Below, in pieces: positions 36,531-45,283 of a DNA stretch of 64,000 nt. The position numbers and the translations under genes are program-made. The DNA comes from a virus. Its lineage: Duplodnaviria > Heunggongvirae > Uroviricota > Caudoviricetes. Below the pieces are notes generated by a model. That model did not search any database. It saw only the letters and a list, made by a program, of their open reading frames with translations, and was not told the DNA's origin. Each line of letters begins with the position of its first letter. Within the stretch, counting starts at the first letter, position 1. The stretch lies in the IMG/VR virus record IMGVR_UViG_3300043105_000137. One strand, given 5' to 3'.

Positions 36531-36863
36531 ATGAAAGGTTCAGTAATCGTAAATGGTCAGGTAATGACACAAGAAAAATATAAACAAGCAGTCATTACTA
36601 CCCTCGAAGAAAACAATAACAAATGGATGACTTGTGACGAAATGGTCGAGTGGGCATCTCACCACAACTTATGTGAACGTAAGAACGCATATCGAAAGGC
36701 AATGTCTCACCCCCTCTGGAAAATCATCTCTAACATGATGGAGGAAAAAAATCCGGTCATCACTCGAATGTCAAACATCAACAATGTTTTCATCTACAAG
36801 TTGAAAGTATCCAATGTCTATATTGACAAAAATGGTCGTCGTTGGGTACGTCGTCAAAAATAG
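36531..36863 (+). CDS. Hypothetical protein, paralog of 37892-38233
   Basis: Shares VNGQ..T...Y..AV...L..N.N.WMT..E...WAS...L.E.KNA.R.A.SHPLWKIIS.MM with 37892. Confidence 0.5.
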   Translation: MKGSVIVNGQVMTQEKYKQAVITTLEENNNKWMTCDEMVEWASHHNLCERKNAYRKAMSHPLWKIISNMMEEKNPVITRMSNINNVFIYKLKVSNVYIDKNGRRWVRRQK

Positions 36864-37103
36864 AGTTTTTTGAATTTGTTATATATAAATTGTAAAGAAC
36901 CTCACCGCAATTCATATCAAGAATTTATAAATGAAGTGTAATTATCTTAGGTTCTTGTTAATACAAAAATTAAAAGGTTATGGTACACATTAGATCACCT
37001 TTTGGAAGAGACATTCCTTCAATCTGACCGAGCTCTAAGATTGAAGAACCCCAAAGAGACGTCTTTGGTCTGGGACTTTTTCGCGAATAGTCCCTTCATG
37101 GAG

Positions 37104-37188
37104 AACTCAGTAAGTCTCAGTTGGTCGAGCTATGTTGAATTTCTTTATTGAAACCCATGCGACGAGGGTTCGAGTCCCTCCTGAGTTC
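37104..37188 (+). tRNA. tRNA-like element, possibly a degenerate or insert-containing tRNA
   Basis: The acceptor stem aactcag/ctgagtt pairs perfectly over 7 bp and the T-arm gaggg-ttcgagt-ccctc is canonical. The D-region and anticodon region are irregular (33 nt between the D-arm and T-arm), so it may be a pseudo-tRNA. Confidence 0.3.
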
Positions 37189-37272
37189 CTAAGAATTTTG
37201 TTGAAATGCTTTTTTATTACATTTTTTTCATATTACTATATTTTTAATATTATATAAGTTTTTGATTTAATT

Positions 37273-37292
37273 ATCATGTCGTGAGACATGAC
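37273..37292 (+). repeat. GTGA-tetraloop hairpin repeat, copy a
   Basis: The structure is tcatgtc-GTGA-gacatga. Confidence 0.5.
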
Positions 37293-37351
37293 CATAACAA
37301 ATGAGTTTTAATTGATATTTTTAAAGTTGTTTAAAATTTACACATTAAATA

Positions 37352-37379
37352 ATCATCATGTCGTGAGATAGACTGATTA
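37352..37379 (+). repeat. GTGA-tetraloop hairpin repeat, copy b (degenerate 3' arm)
   Basis: The sequence taatcatcatgtc-GTGA-gatagactgatta abuts the 5' end of the tRNA at 37380. Confidence 0.45.
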
Positions 37380-37452
37380 AACTCCGTAGCTCAGTTGGTA
37401 GAGCGTCTGGTTAAACACTGGAAGGTCGTGGGTTCGAGTCCCATCGGAGTTA
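37380..37452 (+). tRNA. tRNA with a non-canonical anticodon loop UUAAACA (nominal anticodon AAA with C37)
   Basis: The acceptor stem aactccg/cggagtt, the D-arm gctcagttggtagagc and the T-arm gtggg-ttcgagt-cccat are all canonical. The anticodon stem tctgg/ctgga contains two G-U pairs. Confidence 0.55.
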
Positions 37453-37471
37453 CTTTTTCATTTGATGCTTT

Positions 37472-37487
37472 TATGTCGTGAGACATA
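37472..37487 (+). repeat. GTGA-tetraloop hairpin repeat, copy c
   Basis: The structure is tatgtc-GTGA-gacata. Confidence 0.5.
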
Positions 37488-37583
37488 ACCATAGTAAGTG
37501 TTTTTTTTTAGTACATTATTTTTTTTTCATTGTATATAAGTTTTTGATTTATAAATAAATTATTTATTAAGTGAGAGAGAGAA

Positions 37584-37612
37584 AATCATCATGTCGTGAG
37601 ACATGATTGATT
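37584..37612 (+). repeat. GTGA-tetraloop hairpin repeat, copy d
   Basis: The sequence aatcatcatgtc-GTGA-gacatgattgatt ends 1-2 nt before tRNA-Lys. Confidence 0.5.
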
Positions 37613-37613
37613 A

Positions 37614-37686
37614 GGCTTCGTAGCTCAGTTGGTAGAGCAACTGACTCTTAATCAGTGGGTCGTGGGTTCGAGCCCCACCGGAGTCA
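37614..37686 (+). tRNA. tRNA-Lys (anticodon CTT)
   Basis: The acceptor stem ggcttcg/cggagtc contains G-U pairs. The anticodon stem-loop is actga-cucuuaa-tcagt and the T-arm gtggg-ttcgagc-cccac. Confidence 0.75.
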
Positions 37687-37747
37687 CAGAGTTTTTTACT
37701 AATTTTTTTAAATTATTCTTATAGAATTTAAATTTTTACACACAAAT

Positions 37748-37776
37748 AATCATCATGTCGTGAGATAGCATTGATT
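37748..37776 (+). repeat. GTGA-tetraloop hairpin repeat, copy e
   Basis: The sequence aatcatcatgtc-GTGA-gatagcattgatt abuts the tRNA at 37777. Confidence 0.45.
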
Positions 37777-37851
37777 GACTTCGTACGTCTCAGCTGGTAG
37801 AGCGTCTGGTTAAACACTGGAAGGTCGTGGGTTCGATCCCCACCGAAGTCA
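37777..37851 (+). tRNA. Second tRNA with the UUAAACA anticodon loop, with an irregular D-arm
   Basis: The acceptor stem gacttcg/cgaagtc pairs perfectly. The anticodon arm is identical to the one at 37380. The D-region carries 3 extra nt (tacgtctcagctggtagagc) and the T-arm is gtggg-ttcgatc-cccac. Confidence 0.45.
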
Positions 37852-37891
37852 CAAATTAAATTTATTGTAAAATTTCTAAAACATTAAAATC

Positions 37892-38233
37892 ATGGCACGC
37901 AAAGGAAACGTGAAAGTAAATGGTCGTACTTTGACCACAACAGATTACTCAGACGCAGTTGTAGAAGCACTCCGTCACAATGGTAATAACTGGATGACCG
38001 TCAATCAAATCATTGCATGGGCATCTGACAACAAACTGGTTGAGAAGAAGAATGCTCCCCGTCAAGCAGTTTCTCACCCCCTCTGGAAAATCATCTCAAT
38101 GATGATGTATGACACCCAGTACAAAGGTGTTGACCACAATCTTGAACGTCGTGTTGTTCATGGTAAGTATGCCTACCGTTTGAAGAACGCAGACTATGCT
38201 TACATTAATGGTAATGAAATCATCGACCTTTAA
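37892..38233 (+). CDS. Hypothetical protein, paralog of 36531-36863
   Basis: Carries the shared SHPLWKIIS motif. Confidence 0.5.
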   Translation: MARKGNVKVNGRTLTTTDYSDAVVEALRHNGNNWMTVNQIIAWASDNKLVEKKNAPRQAVSHPLWKIISMMMYDTQYKGVDHNLERRVVHGKYAYRLKNADYAYINGNEIIDL

Positions 38234-38431
38234 TTATTAATATTTTATATAAGAACAATCCGGACTGAGTTCTTGCATTTCTTTGAAGTCCTTTATTTTC
38301 AACTATGACAAGACCTCCCCCTGTTTATAGAAAATTTATTGAGATAGGATTATATTTAGAGTATTGTCAAACCCCCAAACAAGTCCACGAAGATGGCACG
38401 AGCCTCCCCTTAATTACGAAATATTATCGTC

Positions 38432-38725
38432 ATGAAAAAAATTTTATTTATTATATCAATCCTTTTTATATCCCTAACCTCGTGTAAGGATGTTAACAAA
38501 CCTGTGGTAGAACATCAACGAGAAGTAGGTTATGAAGTTGTAGATAGAACCAAAATATATAATGTCCCTTTTGATGGGTTTGTTTCATCAATCACTTCAT
38601 TCAAATACAAAGGTCATTCATATATATACTTCGCCCATCAAAAAGGAGGTGGTCTGATACATGACCCAGATTGTCCATGTCACAAAGATCAACCGAAAGA
38701 AGTTGAAGAAATGACAGAATATTAA
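38432..38725 (+). CDS. Small lipoprotein
   Basis: The signal peptide and lipobox read MKKILFIISILFISLTSC. Confidence 0.45.
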   Translation: MKKILFIISILFISLTSCKDVNKPVVEHQREVGYEVVDRTKIYNVPFDGFVSSITSFKYKGHSYIYFAHQKGGGLIHDPDCPCHKDQPKEVEEMTEY

Positions 38726-38734
38726 AGAACTACA

Positions 38735-38797
38735 CAAACTCTAACCCATTAACAGATTCGGCAAGTTAGCTCAGTCACCTACTAAGTTAGAGTTTGT
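38735..38797 (+). repeat. Long hairpin (12-bp stem, 40-nt loop)
   Basis: The arms are acaaactctaac...gttagagtttgt. The 3' arm overlaps a class-2 motif. Confidence 0.45.
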
Positions 38798-38813
38798 TAT
38801 TTTTAGAGTATGA
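38793..38813 (+). promoter_or_regulatory. Class-2 conserved motif ending at the start codon
   Basis: In TTTGTTATTTTTAGAGTATG the ATG is the start of the ORF at 38810. Confidence 0.45.
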
Positions 38814-39448
38814 AAGATATAAATTTTAAGTTAGTCTTTTCAGGAAAGTTATCTTCTTGGACTGACGTTTTTAATATAATCGAACAAGCTGAAGATAACC
38901 ATGATGTTCGTTTCCTAATTAAAGTGGATGGAACAACATATAGTTATTTTTGGTGGAATGAATATACTAAATCTTGGAATATGTTTTTTTCGTATTTCAA
39001 GAATTATGAACTGAAATCAACAACAAAATGGCCTTATTATTGGTGGCCTGATGCCGTAGATGTTTATATGGTAACTGACCCGACGATTTTTATTCGTGAA
39101 CTTCAAAACGATTTACGACATGAGTCTTTCCAAAAATTAACTTATCCTGACTCTAAACTGAGTGTAATGGTGGATATGATTAAACCTATACTTGGCTCAG
39201 TGGTTGAAGTTAAAAATGAGAAAGTATTGTTGTTGGGATTGTCTTATACATTTGATGACTATTATTACTACTACCTGACACAAGATAATAAAATCGGTTT
39301 CACATCTTCGGTAGGAAAAATAGTTCAACATTATGACCAAACACGAGCTGAGTTATTGAAGGAGGACATTGAAACAAAACAACTTGTCCAGAACCTTAGA
39401 TGGGAACATTTCAAAGACGCTCCGGAAATAGAAATAATACACGTTTAA
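38810..39448 (+). CDS. Hypothetical protein
   Basis: A 212-aa Trp/Tyr-rich ORF. Confidence 0.45.
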   Translation: MKDINFKLVFSGKLSSWTDVFNIIEQAEDNHDVRFLIKVDGTTYSYFWWNEYTKSWNMFFSYFKNYELKSTTKWPYYWWPDAVDVYMVTDPTIFIRELQNDLRHESFQKLTYPDSKLSVMVDMIKPILGSVVEVKNEKVLLLGLSYTFDDYYYYYLTQDNKIGFTSSVGKIVQHYDQTRAELLKEDIETKQLVQNLRWEHFKDAPEIEIIHV

Positions 39449-39450
39449 TT

Positions 39451-40311
39451 ATGATAACATTTGTTTTAATTATCTTAGCAATTTTAATACTTCCTTATAT
39501 CCTTCATTTTTTGGGATTGGAAATATCAGAGTATTACAGAAAGAAATATAATGATCGTGAACTGGTCAAGGAATTCAAAAACTATCGAGGTTATATTGGA
39601 TTTTATAACAACCCCAGTCTTATGATTTATTATACACATCATGGAGTTTATACCGACTGTAAATGGGCTCACAAAATTCTAATCTATTTTGGTGGTTGTG
39701 TCTTGTGTTGGCAATGGGGTAATGACTTCAATGAGAATACAGGTCTTGACTATGCTTCTATTTCATACTCTTGGGGTTGGGATTCTATCAATGGTGAAAA
39801 ATGGTGGACTGATTTTAGATGGCGTAACCGTACTTTTTCTAACCCTTTCAAAGCAACCCACTATGATAACTCTTGGATAATCGACTTTAATAATAAGACG
39901 TTAGTTGAGAAAAGACAATTAGATGACATTAATGATTATCCTCTTGTTGATGTTAGATTGAATACCACCTACCGTATGAAGAATGACACAGTTCAAGATG
40001 TTTCCCGTATCCGTTGGTGGATTGAACAATGGGAATGGTCAGTGCCCTTCCTCAATAAAATAGGTCTTGGTAATTATTGTAAGAAAATAAATGTTGACCT
40101 CGAATTCCAATCTGACACTGAACTTGGCGTCAATCGGGATTCTTGGAAGGGTGGTGTAATGGGTGCCACTGTTAGAATTAGTGATGAACCCGAACTTCTC
40201 AAACTTTATCTCGACATCGTTAAACATCAGAAATTGGAGAAGATACCTCTACTCAGAACGGCTATCAAAAACCGTATCGACTATTTTATGAATGAAGAAA
40301 AAAAATATTGA
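39451..40311 (+). CDS. Membrane-anchored hypothetical protein
   Basis: The start was chosen at MITFVLIILAILILPYILHFLG, a transmembrane helix. The track start at 39400 overlaps the upstream gene. Confidence 0.4.
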   Translation: MITFVLIILAILILPYILHFLGLEISEYYRKKYNDRELVKEFKNYRGYIGFYNNPSLMIYYTHHGVYTDCKWAHKILIYFGGCVLCWQWGNDFNENTGLDYASISYSWGWDSINGEKWWTDFRWRNRTFSNPFKATHYDNSWIIDFNNKTLVEKRQLDDINDYPLVDVRLNTTYRMKNDTVQDVSRIRWWIEQWEWSVPFLNKIGLGNYCKKINVDLEFQSDTELGVNRDSWKGGVMGATVRISDEPELLKLYLDIVKHQKLEKIPLLRTAIKNRIDYFMNEEKKY

Positions 40312-40327
40312 TTTATTTGCGATTTAA

Positions 40328-40385
40328 GACACTTTGAGGTGACAGATGATAACTTCTCTATCCTGACACCTCAAAGTCCGTCAGA
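40328..40385 (+). terminator. Strong hairpin (about 15-bp stem), candidate terminator
   Basis: The arms are gacactttgaggtgacag...ctgacacctcaaagtc. Confidence 0.4.
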
Positions 40386-40446
40386 AGTCCTCTAATTAAC
40401 TCCTACGACCATCCTTAATATCTTTTAACAGTAATACGAAATTATC

Positions 40447-40466
40447 TTTGTTATGTTTATAGTAAA
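40447..40466 (+). promoter_or_regulatory. Class-2 conserved motif
   Basis: The sequence is TTTGTTATGTTTATAGTAAA. Confidence 0.45.
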
Positions 40467-40487
40467 CTCCTTAAAAATCATCATCAC

Positions 40488-40649
40488 ATGGACAATACTC
40501 AAGAAAAAATTAGCGACATCATAGACCAACTAATGAAAGAGATGGGTATTCATTCTCTTGAAAACTTGGCTAACACAGATTTCGCTGATAAACTATATGA
40601 CAGATTAATTGAAAAAAATATTATCCCTAAAACCGTTGATAAATTATGA
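40488..40649 (+). CDS. Small hypothetical protein (53 aa)
   Basis: The sequence begins MDNTQEKISDIIDQLMKEMG... and has an ATGA overlap with the ORF at 40646. Confidence 0.3.
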   Translation: MDNTQEKISDIIDQLMKEMGIHSLENLANTDFADKLYDRLIEKNIIPKTVDKL

Positions 40650-40975
40650 CACTCGATGATATGCTCCCGTTCTTATGTATGTTTGTAGCCCCCTTACTAC
40701 TATATTTTATTTGTCTTATAGTAGCTGAGTGGTGGGACTATGACCAAAAATTCAACCCAACGAAAGCTTGGATACATATTAACTTTGATGGTGATATCCA
40801 ACGTTTCCTTTTCCAGAACCAGACTATATTGGTTAGAGATAGGATGGGTGAATATGAAATAGGAACAAATTTTCAATTCGATGACAACAAGAAACTATAT
40901 TGTATGAAACGTCGAGATGGAACATACAAATATTTCTATGTTAACGACTCAATAGATGTAATAGTATTGGAATGA
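40646..40975 (+). CDS. Membrane-anchored hypothetical protein
   Basis: An N-terminal transmembrane helix is predicted. Confidence 0.4.
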   Translation: MTLDDMLPFLCMFVAPLLLYFICLIVAEWWDYDQKFNPTKAWIHINFDGDIQRFLFQNQTILVRDRMGEYEIGTNFQFDDNKKLYCMKRRDGTYKYFYVNDSIDVIVLE

Positions 40976-41229
40976 GAAAATATATATTGACATTTGAAAA
41001 GTATCCCAATGAACCTCTCACTATTCTTGATGATGAGTTGAATTGGGAAGTGACGGATAGTAACGAAACACAATATGGATGGAATAGACAATACTCAGCT
41101 CACTTTACATACAAAGATATTGAGTTGACCTTCCACCAATGGACTAATGAATTTGATTTCGTTGAGTCATATCCGGAGATTGATTGTGATGAACCTGTTA
41201 ATTTTAATGTAGAAGAATATGAAAACTAA
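40972..41229 (+). CDS. Hypothetical acidic protein
   Basis: An 85-aa ORF. Confidence 0.4.
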   Translation: MRKYILTFEKYPNEPLTILDDELNWEVTDSNETQYGWNRQYSAHFTYKDIELTFHQWTNEFDFVESYPEIDCDEPVNFNVEEYEN

Positions 41230-41830
41230 AAAGACTTATACTTATCGAATCAAAGTTACCTGTTATCCTGAGAAATGGAAATATAAAGGTGAACCCCAAC
41301 CATACGTATTCTATATAAATGATGATGACCTCACATTTGAAAAGACACGTGTGGATTTCAAAGATGGTAGTGAAGAATATACCGCTAAGATTGAACTGAA
41401 ACGACTATGGGATCAAGACATCACTATCAAAGTTTCTAAATGGATTGGTGGTAAAAATGAAAATTACTATTATCCCACAGTGTCAAGTAAGGATGCATTA
41501 GTTGAATATAGATGTTGTATTGGTAAATCTTGGATATCTAATAAAGAAATCAAATGTGTGTGTGAATATTGTGGGTACGAAAAAAATCGTCGGTATGACT
41601 TGGTTGATATTAACTGGGAAAATATTCACAAATACTCAGCTAACATTTGGGTTAATCCTCCAATACAAGAGTACAATGGTTGTCTAATATATAAATGTCA
41701 AAGATGTAACAAGACACACATCATTAATTTTTTCATGAACCCCTCAACTTGGACTGTAAAAAATTGTAAAAATGTGAAGGTACAAGATTTAGGTATTTGG
41801 AAATTTGGTGGTGGAGAAATAATGGAATGA
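41219..41830 (+). CDS. Hypothetical Cys-rich protein
   Basis: Contains the cysteine pairs CVCEYCGYEKN and CQRCNKTH. Confidence 0.45.
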   Translation: MKTKKTYTYRIKVTCYPEKWKYKGEPQPYVFYINDDDLTFEKTRVDFKDGSEEYTAKIELKRLWDQDITIKVSKWIGGKNENYYYPTVSSKDALVEYRCCIGKSWISNKEIKCVCEYCGYEKNRRYDLVDINWENIHKYSANIWVNPPIQEYNGCLIYKCQRCNKTHIINFFMNPSTWTVKNCKNVKVQDLGIWKFGGGEIME

Positions 41831-42294
41831 ACATGAAGGAATATATTAATGAGTTTATTGATTGGCTCAGTATCTACTACATTGATAGAGATGATGACCA
41901 AGGTTTTTTCGACATAGGTAGATGTTCAAATACTATACTGAATTGTTGGGTGTCTATTAAAATTCAGACCAACTGTTACAAGAAAACCGACACTTCAGTC
42001 CAAACATGGTGTGACATTTGTGATGCTGTTCTTGATTTTGATGAGGAAAAACCTTATGTGAGAAAATACAAGAACTATATCCAGAAACTAATTGATGAAC
42101 ATAAACTCCACCCAGATGTAGATTATGTTGATTCTACACTTGTCAAAACTGATGGAGGTGATAACTACTTAAAGATAGCTTCCTTACTTGACATACTTGA
42201 ATATAATTTCCAACATCCGGAGACAATGGTGGAGAAATTTAGAGTGGAATTAGTTGTCAAATATCGAGAAATATATGAAACTGTCGTACGATAA
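41827..42294 (+). CDS. Hypothetical protein
   Basis: The start is at the ATGA overlap. The track starts at 41797. Confidence 0.4.
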   Translation: MNMKEYINEFIDWLSIYYIDRDDDQGFFDIGRCSNTILNCWVSIKIQTNCYKKTDTSVQTWCDICDAVLDFDEEKPYVRKYKNYIQKLIDEHKLHPDVDYVDSTLVKTDGGDNYLKIASLLDILEYNFQHPETMVEKFRVELVVKYREIYETVVR

Positions 42295-42814
42295 ATTCAG
42301 TAAAGAAGTCAGGGATATAATTAATAGGATGCCTGATGAACTCGTAGGTGTAAATTTGTCCGCTGATGATAGATATGAACTCCCCACTAATTGTACATAT
42401 TACTTCTGGGTGCAAAGTTATGGTTTACCTAATGTTGAAGATGGTCGAACAGGAATAAACACTGGATGGATAATTGACCAACTCTTGACAACTTACCCAA
42501 ATACAATGAGTGACTGGGCTGATGATTTTATACGAGAGAGATTATTCAGAGACAGTGAAACATATGAGTTCGTCAGAGAAAGGATACCTGATGTGACCAA
42601 TGCTTATGAATATTATCTTTGGTTACTTAGTGTTGTGTTAGACGAAATACGAAAGTTAAGTTTTGAACAGGCTAATGACCTCGACATAAAGTGGGCTAAA
42701 CCTCACACTAAATTGGAGAAATATTTGATTATAGATTATGACCATAGAGTAAAACAAATAGAAGAAATACAAAATGACTTCACGAAACGATACAATCTTC
42801 AAATTACTCAATAA
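42254..42814 (+). CDS. Hypothetical protein
   Basis: A 186-aa ORF. The true start may be the internal Met at 42275. Confidence 0.4.
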   Translation: MSNIEKYMKLSYDKFSKEVRDIINRMPDELVGVNLSADDRYELPTNCTYYFWVQSYGLPNVEDGRTGINTGWIIDQLLTTYPNTMSDWADDFIRERLFRDSETYEFVRERIPDVTNAYEYYLWLLSVVLDEIRKLSFEQANDLDIKWAKPHTKLEKYLIIDYDHRVKQIEEIQNDFTKRYNLQITQ

Positions 42815-43202
42815 CAAATATTCATGTAAAGGTTCACTCCGAGATGACCTTTTGAAATACTCCACATTAGAACCTGAGAACAATCAAACTATCTTTATGG
42901 TAGCTGACATTATTGATGAGTTAACTGGTAAAGGACATAATGAGGAAATTAGAAAGACCATTGATGAGTATGAGGATGAACGTATTGGATTTTGTAGAAT
43001 TAAATATTGTCCGGTTAACCATTACAGAATTATAGACAGTTCAAAAATAATCAAGAAAGATAAGATGGTTTCAGTAATGGTAGCTAATGTAATTGATGAC
43101 ATTAGGGAAATCAAAACAATCTGGGAGAAAACAGATAGAAATGACATGCCGTTTATTTTGACCAGTAAATTTTATACGATGTTAAAAAATATTGTGATAT
43201 GA
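42774..43202 (+). CDS. Hypothetical protein
   Basis: A 142-aa ORF. Confidence 0.4.
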   Translation: MTSRNDTIFKLLNNKYSCKGSLRDDLLKYSTLEPENNQTIFMVADIIDELTGKGHNEEIRKTIDEYEDERIGFCRIKYCPVNHYRIIDSSKIIKKDKMVSVMVANVIDDIREIKTIWEKTDRNDMPFILTSKFYTMLKNIVI

Positions 43203-43618
43203 CTTTTGATGAATGTTCCGCTAAGTATGTGATTGACTTGGTGACTTATAATTTAGATGATAATAATACTTGTCGAGGTGTTGTGTTGGAGAAGAATGAT
43301 GATCCACTTTATCCCTCAGTAATAGGACAACAGTGGACAATCGCAGCTGATGTATTGGACACTATTTTGGAGATTAATACTGTGCCGTTGATAAAGAAAC
43401 ATATTGACCGACTACTTCAAGAGACACCTTCCGGAAAGAAATTCACTTCAAATGTATCCAGAAAGTCATTTAACAATCCAATATATGTAGTGGCTAATAT
43501 GATGGACACGATTGAACTATACCATGAGTTTATTAGTGGTGGTGGTTTTTGTCCCTCTATCTTTTCATTGATATTGTGTGATAAATGGGTTAATTGTTGG
43601 TTAAGTAAACGAAAATAA
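43199..43618 (+). CDS. Hypothetical protein
   Basis: A 139-aa ORF. Confidence 0.4.
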   Translation: MTFDECSAKYVIDLVTYNLDDNNTCRGVVLEKNDDPLYPSVIGQQWTIAADVLDTILEINTVPLIKKHIDRLLQETPSGKKFTSNVSRKSFNNPIYVVANMMDTIELYHEFISGGGFCPSIFSLILCDKWVNCWLSKRK

Positions 43619-43624
43619 ATCGTC

Positions 43625-44173
43625 ATGGAATTAGACAAAAGATATATCACACAGACTGAAATACGAGATGTGGTAAATGAAATCGACAGTCTTTATCAAC
43701 CGAGTGGAACTGTACTGGGTTTGACAGAAAAGGTTATAGAAAGACTCAAACAAAAATATGTCGGGGTTGGAGATGCAGAATTTAAAGGGATGGTTAATTA
43801 TGTCATTGAACTTATTCGTGTCTTTATTAATCCAGATGTAGAAGCCGACTTAAATGACAACATATATAATCTGATGATAAACAATTCAGACAAAAGGGAA
43901 TTGTCATTTAGAACAATCGAACCACAGATGTACACGAACTCAATATACCGTAACTTTTATTATGAGAATTTGGTCAGACTTCTTAATGTGGTAAATGATA
44001 TAGTGATTGACATATTGAAGGGAAGTTGGCACAGAACACCATTTTATCTTCGACTTTTAGACAGTTACCAGATGAGGATGACATATATTGAACATGGGCT
44101 TGTACAATTTCAAAGACATTTTACTATTACGACTGACGAAAAAAATCGTATCATAAAAAATCGAGAAGGTTAA
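43625..44173 (+). CDS. Hypothetical protein
   Basis: A 182-aa ORF. Confidence 0.45.
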   Translation: MELDKRYITQTEIRDVVNEIDSLYQPSGTVLGLTEKVIERLKQKYVGVGDAEFKGMVNYVIELIRVFINPDVEADLNDNIYNLMINNSDKRELSFRTIEPQMYTNSIYRNFYYENLVRLLNVVNDIVIDILKGSWHRTPFYLRLLDSYQMRMTYIEHGLVQFQRHFTITTDEKNRIIKNREG

Positions 44174-44177
44174 CAAT

Positions 44178-44232
44178 AATTAGCTGTTTTTATTTGGAGA
44201 GGTCGAGAAAAACCTGTAACTTTGTAGTGTAA
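44178..44232 (+). promoter_or_regulatory. Class-1 promoter, TTAGCTGTTTTTATTTGGAG subtype
   Basis: The sequence is tatTTGGag...TAacTTTGtagtgtaa. Confidence 0.55.
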
Positions 44233-44243
44233 TCAAAAAACAA

Positions 44244-44765
44244 ATGACAATGAACAAGTCACAAATATCAAACACCTTGGATGAGTTAATCACTAAGAAA
44301 CTCGTCGTCTATCAGGGTTATTCCTTTTCGAGAGTATGTACGGAGGAATTCTATCCAAAACATATCTTAGACTTAGCTCAGATTTTGGATATGATTTACA
44401 ATACTCACAAGGAGAAACAACATATCCTTGAGTATGACCCCGATTATTTCACTCTTTCTGAACATATCGCGGCTTCCTTAATCACACAAAAGTTAATCTA
44501 TAAACTCTGTTGTGATGAGGATAAAACCTACACATCATTGGTAGAACATGAAGTTGGTAAATTAATCCCAATGGACAATGATTATAACTTCAAAGATGTG
44601 AATGTAATGGACATCGCTAAGTTACTTGACCTAATGACAGCGAACAATTTCGTATCGTTTAGGGAAAGTTGGTCATGGGTTATTAAAGATATGAAACGTG
44701 ACCTCAACAAAATAGATGACCGAGATTATTTAGTTAACGACGTATTAAAAGGATTTTGGATATGA
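44244..44765 (+). CDS. Hypothetical protein
   Basis: A 173-aa ORF. Confidence 0.45.
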   Translation: MTMNKSQISNTLDELITKKLVVYQGYSFSRVCTEEFYPKHILDLAQILDMIYNTHKEKQHILEYDPDYFTLSEHIAASLITQKLIYKLCCDEDKTYTSLVEHEVGKLIPMDNDYNFKDVNVMDIAKLLDLMTANNFVSFRESWSWVIKDMKRDLNKIDDRDYLVNDVLKGFWI

Positions 44766-45283
44766 ATACTGTAAATAAAAAATTAATTGACTCTATCTTT
44801 GAGTTGGCTTCTAAAACTGACATGACATTCGCTACCTGTGTTAATAGTTGTTTATATGGTAGGAAACGTCAAGCTCAGGATGTGTCAATCATCAGTGGTG
44901 TGTTGTTGACATTTGAATGGGGTAATTTTGTCACCCGGTTCACACAGATTATCACCACCCTTATGAAAAGAAAAGCAGAGTTAGACACTACATATAAAAA
45001 TGTATATAAAGATGTGTTCGGTTCTGTTAAGGAAGGAATGTATCAAGACCTCAACCTCGAATGTGTTTGTGAGGTTCTTGATGAGTTTGAAGAAATTTAT
45101 CAGTCATTGGAAGTTCTACGTGTTCTTGGACTCCAGCATGATTTTGAAGGGATGAATGAAAACCTCGTGAGTGCTATTAAAAATTACACTTATTATCGTG
45201 ACTTAGCACATGCGAGAGTGATAGGATTTAATGTTGAATTTTATAACTTTCTGAAAAATGGAAATACAAGTAACCACGCCTGA
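44756..45283 (+). CDS. Hypothetical protein
   Basis: A 175-aa ORF. Confidence 0.45.
   Translation: MDMNTVNKKLIDSIFELASKTDMTFATCVNSCLYGRKRQAQDVSIISGVLLTFEWGNFVTRFTQIITTLMKRKAELDTTYKNVYKDVFGSVKEGMYQDLNLECVCEVLDEFEEIYQSLEVLRVLGLQHDFEGMNENLVSAIKNYTYYRDLAHARVIGFNVEFYNFLKNGNTSNHA

Noticed and set aside
38305-38487. The 60-aa ORF upstream of the lipoprotein gene
   Set aside because: It overlaps 38432-38725 by 56 nt in a different frame and has no promoter or motif support. It was not called.
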